Shown here: one piece after another, positions 7,944 through 15,142 of the stretch
Layout of the letters: each line of letters begins with the position of its first letter
Numbering within the stretch: position 1 is the first letter of the stretch
DNA from: an uncultured Oscillospiraceae bacterium
GTDB taxonomy: Bacteria > Bacillota > Clostridia > Oscillospirales > Oscillospiraceae
Reading direction: 5' to 3'
Assembly (NCBI GenBank): GCA_964518645.1
Contig: CAZFGL010000002.1
Coordinates: forward strand, 1-49,721
Length of the DNA: 49,721 nt
Notes under the pieces: model-generated
What the model was told of the DNA's origin: nothing
Seen by the model: the letters and a program-made list of their open reading frames with translations, nothing else
Databases searched by the model: none
Translations under genes and position numbers: made by a program

Positions 7944-9926
7944 TTATCGAATCTGTGCCGCTGCGGACAGTGCCCCCCGGGTACAGGTGTGGATATTCCC
8001 CACCCGGTTGCAATCGCCAATGGCAAAGAACTGATCCGCACAATCCCGGAAGGAGATCGCCTGCTCCTGCAAGGCCTTCATACCGCCGCAGGCCACTACG
8101 CTGTCTCCGGTGACTGTTTTTTCTACACCTTCGTCCAGATAGGTCACACTGTTGGGGGTAATCCCCATGGTTTTCACCTTTGTCAGCGCCTTCAGCTGCT
8201 TCTGCTCCCGGAGGGCATGCTCCAGCCCGCTGTAATAATGGGAGAACTGGGCATCCGTTGCCAGCCGGTCCCGGCGGGTCAGAATGGTCACCTGATGGCC
8301 GTTCTGGGCCAGATACAGGGCCGTCTCCGTGGCGGATTCGGAACCGCCCACCACGATCACATGGCTGCCCAGCTCATTTTCCCGACCGAACACATCCACA
8401 TGGTTCCAGATGCCCTCAGCATCGGCACCCTTTACATCGGGCTTCTTCGGCACTGCCCCCACCGCTGCGATCACAGCGTCGTAGCCCAGAGAGCGGATCC
8501 CCTCCGGGGTGGCCTCTGTCCCCAGATGTACTACGACCCCCTGCTTCTCCAGCTGCCGTTCCAGATACTCTTTGTGACGGCGGATGGGCCATTTGAAGGA
8601 GGCATAGTCCCCGTGCAGCATCTGACCGCCCAGACGGTTTGCCTTTTCATAAAGATCCACCTGATGTCCCCGCTTGCGACACTCCATCGCCGCCCACATG
8701 CCCGCAGGGCCACCGCCGATCACCGCCACCTTCCGGCTTTCTCCCGGGGCAGGCAGCATCCGCTCGATCTTGTGTTCCAGACCCATGGCAGGGTTTACAT
8801 AACAAATAACATTATCCCGACAGTGGCAGCGGTTGCACAGCAGACAGGGCACCACATCCTCACCTCTGCCCTCCCGCAGCTTATCTCCGTACTCGGGATC
8901 ACAGATAAAGGCTCTTGCCACGGCGATCATATCCGCCTTACCCTGGGCGATGCACGCCTCCATCAATTCGGGATCCTGAAAACCTCCGTTTGGGGCGGTC
9001 ACAATGTTAACACCCGCAGCCTTGATTGCAGCAGAATACCGAATAGTCAGAGGCTCCTGAGCCCCAGTATAATTCAGTCCTGTGGGGTGTGCCAGATCCA
9101 TATCCGGAGCACGGAGCTGCAAAATATCCACAAGGCCTTCCCAGCCTTTGCAGTAGCCCACAAAATCCTCCAGCGTATAGCCCCCCAGTTCTTCTCCGGA
9201 GACCTGTGCCTCAATGAGGAAGTCCTGTCCGCACAGTTCCTTGACCCGGCGGAATACACTTCTGGTCAGTTCCAGCTTGTCCCCGTATTTGTCTGTCCGC
9301 CGGTTGTGTACCGGAGAGAGAGACTTTGCCAGCAGGGAGTTTCCGTAGGACATATAGAAGCACACCATGTCAAAGCCCATCTGACAGAAGGCATAGGCCT
9401 TCTGCGCCAGCAGCTCCACCAGATGATCCAGTTCCTCGGTGCTTGCCACATGGGTCTTGACCGGAGGCCCCATCATGGGTCTGCCTGCGGGCATTTCCGA
9501 AAGAGTCAGATTCCGGGGCTCGATCCCCATCATGGATGCGGATGCCAGAGAGCCATAAAAATGGATCTCATCGGTCATATGGGAATAGTACAGCTTACAC
9601 CCCCGGGTCTCCGCCTCCAGATTGCCCATACCCGGGCCGCCGAAGCTGCCCACGCCCCACACATCCGGCCCCCCGGGGCCACCGGGCCCCGGGCCCATTC
9701 CTCCGGAAGTATCCCCGAAGAAGGGGTCGCTTTTCCAGTCTGCGCCCTGACAGGTGACCACCGCAGCTCCGGAACGTGCCAGCTGTGCCATGTGAGAGAT
9801 CATTGCCTCACCTGGGTAATTTTCGTCCCCCTGAAAGGCCCCCGATACACTCCGTGTCACCAGCAGGCGATTTTTTAAAAGTCTTCCACCCACCAGAATG
9901 GGGGAAAGCAGATTTGCGTAACGCAT
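7944..9926 (-). CDS. NADH:flavin oxidoreductase of the 2,4-dienoyl-CoA reductase / BaiCD-BaiH-like family (OYE-type barrel + Cys cluster + FAD/NAD(P) domain), divergent copy 1
   Basis: Track ORF 7944..10043. ATG 9926 follows AAAGGAG and gives MRYANLLSPILVGGRLLKNRLLV (typical OYE start). Cys cluster PCLLCNRCHCRDNVIC. Rossmann motif KVAVIGGGPAGMWAAMECRKRGHQVDLYEKANRLGGQ, plus a second dinucleotide fold HVIVVGGSESATE. It carries a G/P-rich insertion and a non-canonical YMSYGNSLL in place of the H-x-AHG-type motif seen in copy 2. Confidence 0.85.
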   Translation of the reverse strand: MRYANLLSPILVGGRLLKNRLLVTRSVSGAFQGDENYPGEAMISHMAQLARSGAAVVTCQGADWKSDPFFGDTSGGMGPGPGGPGGPDVWGVGSFGGPGMGNLEAETRGCKLYYSHMTDEIHFYGSLASASMMGIEPRNLTLSEMPAGRPMMGPPVKTHVASTEELDHLVELLAQKAYAFCQMGFDMVCFYMSYGNSLLAKSLSPVHNRRTDKYGDKLELTRSVFRRVKELCGQDFLIEAQVSGEELGGYTLEDFVGYCKGWEGLVDILQLRAPDMDLAHPTGLNYTGAQEPLTIRYSAAIKAAGVNIVTAPNGGFQDPELMEACIAQGKADMIAVARAFICDPEYGDKLREGRGEDVVPCLLCNRCHCRDNVICYVNPAMGLEHKIERMLPAPGESRKVAVIGGGPAGMWAAMECRKRGHQVDLYEKANRLGGQMLHGDYASFKWPIRRHKEYLERQLEKQGVVVHLGTEATPEGIRSLGYDAVIAAVGAVPKKPDVKGADAEGIWNHVDVFGRENELGSHVIVVGGSESATETALYLAQNGHQVTILTRRDRLATDAQFSHYYSGLEHALREQKQLKALTKVKTMGITPNSVTYLDEGVEKTVTGDSVVACGGMKALQEQAISFRDCADQFFAIGDCNRVGNIHTCTRGALSAAAQIR

Positions 9927-9949
9927 TGGTTTACTCCTTTCTAAAAGCC

Positions 9950-9980
9950 GGGCGGGAACCGACAGCTGCGGCCCCCGCCC
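9950..9980 (-). promoter_or_regulatory. Intercistronic GC-rich stem-loop between SBP3 and oxidoreductase 1 (partial terminator?)
   Basis: GGGCGGG (9950..9956) pairs with CCCGCCC (9974..9980). On the minus strand GGCTTTTA follows. It lies in the 68-nt gap between the stop at 9995 and ATG 9926. Confidence 0.4.
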
Positions 9981-9994
9981 AGTACAGGATTTGG

Positions 9995-11647
9995 TTAACG
10001 GGAATTGTAGCGATCCAGTGCAGTCTGCTTGATCTCGATGCACTCTTCGATGCCCATGGTCTTCAGAGTTTCCACAAAGGCGTCGTATTCGTCCATGGAG
10101 GTCACGCCGATGACAAAATTGGGCAGCTGCTCGGAAATATAGGTGTCAATGTCGTTGTACTTGCTGTAGAACTGCTCGCTCTCAGCGATGGTCATTTCCG
10201 CAAAGGAGGGGTAGATATTGGCGTTGTCATTGTGATCCGCCCATACGGAACGGGACTTCAGCTGCTGCTCGTTATAGGTGTTGTCCATACGGGTGTTGTC
10301 GTTGACAAAACCGGCGCAGTTGAACAGGGCGTACAGGGCAATGGCCTGATTGAAGCTGATGTCCGGGTTGTTGGCAACCAGATCGGTAAACTGGGGCTTG
10401 CCGTCCACCATCTCATAGCTGAGGCCCTCGATGCCGTAGTTGGCCATCAGGGTACCCTGCTCGGAATACCAGAAATCACACCACTTTGCAGCCAGTTCCG
10501 GATTCTCGCAGTTGCCGGAGATGGCCCACTCAGCGCCTCTGCCTACCTTGCTGGTAATTTCGCTGAAGTGAAGCTGCTGTCCCTCTTCCAGAACAGGCAG
10601 ACCAATGGGTTCTGCGTTCACGGCAAAGTAGCCGTAGGCATTGGATGAGTTCCGCCACAGGCCGGTCTGTGCGTTCTGCACGTCATCGGTGGTGTCGGGC
10701 TTATCCACACCGTCTGCCTGGGTTGCGAAGTCCTGATAAATCAGTCCCTCGGAATACCACTTGCTGATCATAGTCAGATAATCCTTCATGCCGTCCTCCA
10801 GGAAGCCAAACTTCACCTGGCCGTCCTCCTGATAGAAATCAGCAATCACGCCGTATGCTGCGGTCAGATCCGCAGTGGAAGCGGTATTGTCCACCCACAG
10901 GGGCGCCTTTGCCCCCAGTTCATCCCGGAAGGCCACCAGAGTATCATACCAGTCGTCCATGGTAACAGGCATCTCTCTGCCCACTGCATCCAGCATATCC
11001 ACGTTGATCCAGTGACCGCCGCGGATATATACATTCTCGTCATTGATGGTCATAAAGGAAGGGATATTGCCCTCGTTGGTCACAACGCTCTTGGCCACCT
11101 CTTCATCCTCATGAATGATTCCCCAGTAGTTGGGGCATACGGTGTCGATCAGTTCGGTCAGGTCGATAATTGTCTCTTCCTCAATGGCCTGATCGTAAGT
11201 ACCGGTGTAGAAGTTGCCAAAGTCACAGATGATGTCCGTGCAGTCGCCGCCGGCCAGCATCAGGGAGAACTGCTCAGAACCGTTGATAATGGAAACGCCG
11301 GTAATGTCCAGTTCAATGCCGGTAAGCTCCGTCATCTCCACAAACAGAGGCTTTTCCTCAATGGCAATGAAATTGGTCAACCAGGGGGGATAGGTGTACC
11401 ACACAGAAAGGGTGGCATCGTGGTCAGCAAAGGGCAGTTCCATGGGTGCAGGGCCTACAGGCTCCTCCGGTACGGAGGCTACCTGGGTCTCGGTCTCCTG
11501 CTCGGAGGCCGGTGCCACAGATTCTTCCTCCACTGCGGGTGCACTCTCGGTCTGGCTGACAGCAGTCTCAGATTCCTGAGTACCGCCGCAGGCTGCCATA
11601 CCAAGGATCAGGCACAGGGTCAGCAACAGGCAAACAAGTCTCTTCAT
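9995..11647 (-). CDS. Large extracellular solute-binding lipoprotein, paralog 3 of 4
   Basis: 550 aa. MKRLVCLLLTLCLILGMAACGG (lipobox), an acidic linker, and a core with ISKWYSEGLIYQDF. GGAGG RBS. It begins 24 nt after the type-C NTF2 gene. Confidence 0.9.
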   Translation of the reverse strand: MKRLVCLLLTLCLILGMAACGGTQESETAVSQTESAPAVEEESVAPASEQETETQVASVPEEPVGPAPMELPFADHDATLSVWYTYPPWLTNFIAIEEKPLFVEMTELTGIELDITGVSIINGSEQFSLMLAGGDCTDIICDFGNFYTGTYDQAIEEETIIDLTELIDTVCPNYWGIIHEDEEVAKSVVTNEGNIPSFMTINDENVYIRGGHWINVDMLDAVGREMPVTMDDWYDTLVAFRDELGAKAPLWVDNTASTADLTAAYGVIADFYQEDGQVKFGFLEDGMKDYLTMISKWYSEGLIYQDFATQADGVDKPDTTDDVQNAQTGLWRNSSNAYGYFAVNAEPIGLPVLEEGQQLHFSEITSKVGRGAEWAISGNCENPELAAKWCDFWYSEQGTLMANYGIEGLSYEMVDGKPQFTDLVANNPDISFNQAIALYALFNCAGFVNDNTRMDNTYNEQQLKSRSVWADHNDNANIYPSFAEMTIAESEQFYSKYNDIDTYISEQLPNFVIGVTSMDEYDAFVETLKTMGIEECIEIKQTALDRYNSR

Positions 11648-11671
11648 TACAATAATTCCTCCATTCCTTTT

Positions 11672-12559
11672 TTATAACCGGACGCCGCCCTTGACGATGG
11701 ATCGCAGTGCGGAGTACCGTTTTGTGATGTCGTTATGGCCGGGGGCATAGGAATTTTCATCATCCAGCGTTTTATAGGGCTCCGGCCAGGGAACCGTATT
11801 CTGAACCACCTGGGTCATGGATGCATTGTTATGCAGGGGGCCAACATCCGTGCAGGGCGGGCCGCCCAAAGCCCCTCTGGGCTTCACCGGGCGGAATCCA
11901 CCGGGCATTCCCCCGGGGGCGCCCTCCGGCTCCTGCTTTTTCTCCTCCTGAGGGGGTGGTCCGAAACCGGGACGGGGATGCAGTTCCTCGTCATACATAT
12001 TCTGTCCCCAGTTGCTGGTGCCGTATTCGGAACCAATATCCGGACACACATGCTCGTGGAAATAGTACCACTTGCCGTCAGTATCATCGAAGGCAAAGTC
12101 CGAACCGTAGCGTTCCCACAGGAACCCGCCGTTGCGCACCTTATTGGGGCTCATTCTGGCCATCATGGTTCCCGGTGTCAGATAGCAGCTTCGGCCGGTT
12201 TTTCCGTCCTCCGCCACCTCGATCACGCCGGAAGCCAGACAGTGGAGGGCTGTACAGCCCACACTGCGGGCATCGAAATAGGAGGCACCCCGGTAGTTGA
12301 GAATGTGATTGCAGTAGCGCTCATAGTACCCGTCCTCGGGATTGATCACCGAGCCGAACCAGACCTCATCCCAGCCCACCATTCTTCCGAAAAAGTGCGC
12401 CCATGTGACGTCCTCCCCCCGGTACCAGATGGCATCCCACTCTTCCTTGGAGTATCCCATACCGTGGGTATATGCATGCCACGCCTTCACCTGTTCAATT
12501 TCCTGCGCGCCGATAGCATTGTGCAGACGCTGTTCAAAGGTTAAATCCTGATAAATCAT
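11672..12559 (-). CDS. NTF2/SnoaL-like protein, type C, copy 1 (unknown function)
   Basis: Track ORF starts at GTG 12571. ATG 12559 (MIYQDLTFEQRLHNAIG...) aligns residue-for-residue with the start of paralog C2 (MKTHLSLHQRIHNADG...). NTF2-like blocks: IEQVKAWHAYTH, HCLASGVIEVAEDGKTGRSCYLTPG, DGKWYYFHEHVCPD. A G/P-rich tail ends WPEPYKTLDDENSY.... No signal peptide. Confidence 0.8.
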   Translation of the reverse strand: MIYQDLTFEQRLHNAIGAQEIEQVKAWHAYTHGMGYSKEEWDAIWYRGEDVTWAHFFGRMVGWDEVWFGSVINPEDGYYERYCNHILNYRGASYFDARSVGCTALHCLASGVIEVAEDGKTGRSCYLTPGTMMARMSPNKVRNGGFLWERYGSDFAFDDTDGKWYYFHEHVCPDIGSEYGTSNWGQNMYDEELHPRPGFGPPPQEEKKQEPEGAPGGMPGGFRPVKPRGALGGPPCTDVGPLHNNASMTQVVQNTVPWPEPYKTLDDENSYAPGHNDITKRYSALRSIVKGGVRL

Positions 12560-12571
12560 ATGGCATCCCAC

Positions 12572-13339
12572 TTACTTGTAAAGACCGATCTTGTAGCAGG
12601 CGGGCTTGCCCTCTGCATTGTAGGCTTTGGTGGGATCAAAGGAATAGTAGGGACGGGGCAGCCGCTCCCACACATCCACCCAGCCATACAGAGAGTCATA
12701 GGCCACATCCCGGATGGTGGGATCTCCGCAGGCCTGCTCCACAATATCCGCCCCCCAGGGCGCTTCCGGATCTAGCTCTCCGTAGCTTCTTCCGGCGGGA
12801 ATGATATGGTCATAGGTAATCAGCAGGTGCCAGATCTTCCAGTCCTCTCCCTCCTTTTTCAGATCCGCAAAGATCTTTGCAAAGGTGAAATTGCTGTCAG
12901 AACCGCCCTCGCCATCGCCCACGCAGTACAGTCCGCAGTCATAGCCGATATACTTTGCGGTCTGGCCGTCTCCGGCCACCTCAATATAAGGGGTGTTCAT
13001 GGTATGCACAAAGGAGGCACCGTGGCCAAGATTCTTCTCACAGGGTTCTGTTCCCTGCTTTTCCTGATAGTGCTTCAGATTTTCCATGCGGGTCTGGTAC
13101 TGGTCATAGACATAATGCTTTATGATATTCTCCAGCCCCACATAATAGCCGTTGTTGTACCCAAGGGACGCAGATGCCAGATTCTCCTCCCGGGAGACCC
13201 AAAGTTCCGTAATGCAACGGCGGCGGTCATCATTGGCGGTATAATAGGCGTAACGGCACATCAGATCCTTGATCTCTTCCTTGTCCCAAAGCCGCCAGAC
13301 CTGTTCCTCAGGGGTCAGGTGCAAATTCATCTCAGACAT
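12572..13339 (-). CDS. NTF2/SnoaL_4-like protein, type B, copy 1 (unknown function)
   Basis: 255 aa with an AAGGAGG RBS. Blocks EEIKDLMCRYAYYTANDDRRR..ELW, FVHTMNTPYIEVAGDGQTAKYIGY and EGEDWKIWHLL match the SnoaL_4 pattern (as in BaiE-type dehydratases). The tail contains LPRPYYSFDPTKAY. Confidence 0.85.
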   Translation of the reverse strand: MSEMNLHLTPEEQVWRLWDKEEIKDLMCRYAYYTANDDRRRCITELWVSREENLASASLGYNNGYYVGLENIIKHYVYDQYQTRMENLKHYQEKQGTEPCEKNLGHGASFVHTMNTPYIEVAGDGQTAKYIGYDCGLYCVGDGEGGSDSNFTFAKIFADLKKEGEDWKIWHLLITYDHIIPAGRSYGELDPEAPWGADIVEQACGDPTIRDVAYDSLYGWVDVWERLPRPYYSFDPTKAYNAEGKPACYKIGLYK

Positions 13340-13353
13340 ATTTCCCGCCTCCT

Positions 13354-14082
13354 TTATGCGCCGTAGCTGAAGGTCTCAGCAAATGTTCTGTAAGGCTCAG
13401 GCACCCGGGGAGAGGGGGTAAAGGGACGATCTGCCCCATAGGTCTCCCGGAGGGTACAGGCTCGGGTGGGTCTGGGGAATTCCAGGGTTCCCATCTTCGC
13501 AAATGCAGGATCCTCCGGCAGTGGCTGGGGGGTATCCGTCAGATTGATTCCCTGACGGCAGTCCACCTCATGGAGGTCCAGCATGTGCCAGATCTTCCAC
13601 TGGCCATCCTCCAGAATGAAATCCACAGCCCAATAGCTGAAATCCCAGTAGGACACAGGCCCCGCCGTGGTGACCCGCTCCACCAGGCCACGAACCACCC
13701 AGAGTCCCTTGGCGGTCTGAAGGTCATCAGCCACCTCCACCACCGCAGTATCAATGGGACGGTAGGACACCTGCCCCACACCGAAGCATTCCTCCGGGGT
13801 TTTGTCCCCCAGCTTCTCCGGGAACCGGGCCTGAATGAGCCGGCTTGCCAGCGCTGTCTCGGCAGCAATGGCACCATAGTACCCGTCAATGGCTTCTCTG
13901 CCCAGATAATATCCATCGTTGACCCCCAGACTTACATCCGGCCGGCTGCTCCAGAACCGGGGCAGCTGTCCCTCCTGCTTAATGCAGTAGCTCTGGGAAT
14001 ACTTGCCCATAATATTCTGCACCTCCCGGCGAATCTCCCACCGGGTCAGCAGCTGTTCTGCCGTAAACGCTTTTTTCACCAT
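13354..14082 (-). CDS. NTF2/SnoaL-like protein, type A, copy 1 (unknown function)
   Basis: 242 aa with a GGAAGGAG RBS. Blocks REVQNIMGKYSQSY, PIDTAVVEVADDLQTAKGLWVV and EDGQWKIWHMLDL. The Pro-rich tail ends RPFTPSPRVPEPYRTFAETFSYGA. Its closest in-window relative is 17951..18691. Confidence 0.85.
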   Translation of the reverse strand: MVKKAFTAEQLLTRWEIRREVQNIMGKYSQSYCIKQEGQLPRFWSSRPDVSLGVNDGYYLGREAIDGYYGAIAAETALASRLIQARFPEKLGDKTPEECFGVGQVSYRPIDTAVVEVADDLQTAKGLWVVRGLVERVTTAGPVSYWDFSYWAVDFILEDGQWKIWHMLDLHEVDCRQGINLTDTPQPLPEDPAFAKMGTLEFPRPTRACTLRETYGADRPFTPSPRVPEPYRTFAETFSYGA

Positions 14083-14097
14083 AGCGCTGCTCCTTCC

Positions 14098-14949
14098 TTA
14101 CTTCTCCGGAGGTGCCCCAAAGGGGCCGCTTTTCACAGTGGGCTCCATCATAACCGGGGTACGATGGGCATTTTCCGTATCAATTCTCCATGTGCCGCCC
14201 AGCCATGTGTTGCTGTAGCACTTCACCTGGAAGGTAAACAGCTCGCTGCTAGTGGTGCCGGACCAGAGGTTCCAGCACAGATAGCCGTTCTCGATTCTGA
14301 GATCCTGCATGGGCTGGTTGTCATTTTCCGTGGCGTGCATACCCGTAAGGACACCGTCCTTCTCTTCGATCACGATATGATGCTTGGGCACCCCGTCGAT
14401 TCCCAGAATGGTAAGATAGTATTCTCCGGGGATGGTAGGCTCCTTATGAACCATGGGCATCTTCCGGAACCGGGCATAGATGGTCTCATCCACAAATACG
14501 GCGTATTTACCTCCGTCTCCGCCGGACAGCTGGGGATCGGTCACGACAAACATGCCGCCGATGTCCTTGCCCTCTCCGTTTACCATCAGGCCGTTTTCCC
14601 GGGTTTTCAGTCCTCCGTCTGCTTCCACCGCACCAAAGGCAAGGCACAGGGGCTTATATTCCTTTACCGCTTCCCCGGTCAGAATTACAGCATCACAGTT
14701 TACGATTACCTTCCGGCCGTCTCCGGTCTGATGGCCCATCACCCCGGCCACCCGCCCCTCGGGATAGAGAATAATCTTATCCAGTTTTACCCCTTCCACA
14801 ACTTCTGCGCCCTGAGGCACATCCGTAAGCTTTCCGCCATGGAGCATGATTGTCTCTGCACCGGTGTTCATGGATGCCTGAGTCGCAGCGGTGGCCACAG
14901 AACCTGCACCCACCACAAGGGACTGGGTTTTCATAATAATACGATTCAT
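14098..14949 (-). CDS. Hypothetical protein with N-terminal Rossmann-like dinucleotide-binding motif and unknown beta-rich C-terminal half; first gene of the minus-strand operon
   Basis: 283 aa with an AGGAGG RBS 8 nt before ATG 14949. SLVVGAGSVATAATQASMNTGAETIMLHGG resembles a GxGxxA beta-alpha-beta fold. CDAVILTGEA and GLKTRENGLMVNGEGKDIGGMFVVTD resemble the ATG and G-D motifs of FAD-dependent disulfide-reductase-type enzymes, but the protein is far too short for a complete two-domain enzyme. Confidence 0.7.
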   Translation of the reverse strand: MNRIIMKTQSLVVGAGSVATAATQASMNTGAETIMLHGGKLTDVPQGAEVVEGVKLDKIILYPEGRVAGVMGHQTGDGRKVIVNCDAVILTGEAVKEYKPLCLAFGAVEADGGLKTRENGLMVNGEGKDIGGMFVVTDPQLSGGDGGKYAVFVDETIYARFRKMPMVHKEPTIPGEYYLTILGIDGVPKHHIVIEEKDGVLTGMHATENDNQPMQDLRIENGYLCWNLWSGTTSSELFTFQVKCYSNTWLGGTWRIDTENAHRTPVMMEPTVKSGPFGAPPEK

Positions 14950-15142
14950 AAGAATTACCTCCTGTCTCTGATATATTTATTTTACCGAAGCCTGGAACCA
15001 GGAAAAAGAACCAGAATTCTTACGTCACATGCCAAAATCAAAACTGGAAATGAGTTTTCAGTTGTATTTTTGATAGCCCCACCCCCGTCAAACCTGTGTT
15101 ATACTATATTTTGTATATTCCCAGGAAAGGACCTGCACCGCC
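14950..15142. promoter_or_regulatory. Divergent control region between the minus-strand NTF2 operon and the AraC pair
   Basis: 193-nt AT-richer gap. It holds the inverted repeat CCTGG-AA-CCAGG (14991..15002) and the direct repeat GAACCAG at 14995..15001 and 15008..15014. A minus-strand TAAAAT (14984..14979) has only a weak -35, which suggests activator dependence. Plus-strand TATACT/TATATT boxes lie at 15100..15119. Confidence 0.4.

Noticed and set aside
7846-8043. N-terminal extensions of track ORFs (6091..8043, 7944..10043, 25492..26397, 26145..26912, 26956..30384, 39444..41255, 44728..45741)
   Set aside because: In every case an internal ATG is preceded by a GGAGG-type RBS. That ATG yields a canonical N-terminus (lipobox signal, OYE start, MKVLLL flavodoxin start and so on). 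The extension would also overlap the upstream gene or a hairpin.
6103-9878. Plus-strand ORFs 6103..8034 (643 aa) and 7935..9878 (647 aa)
   Set aside because: They are antisense to SBP2 and reductase 1, which carry lipobox/SBP and OYE/Rossmann motifs. The plus-strand products have no motifs and are low-complexity.
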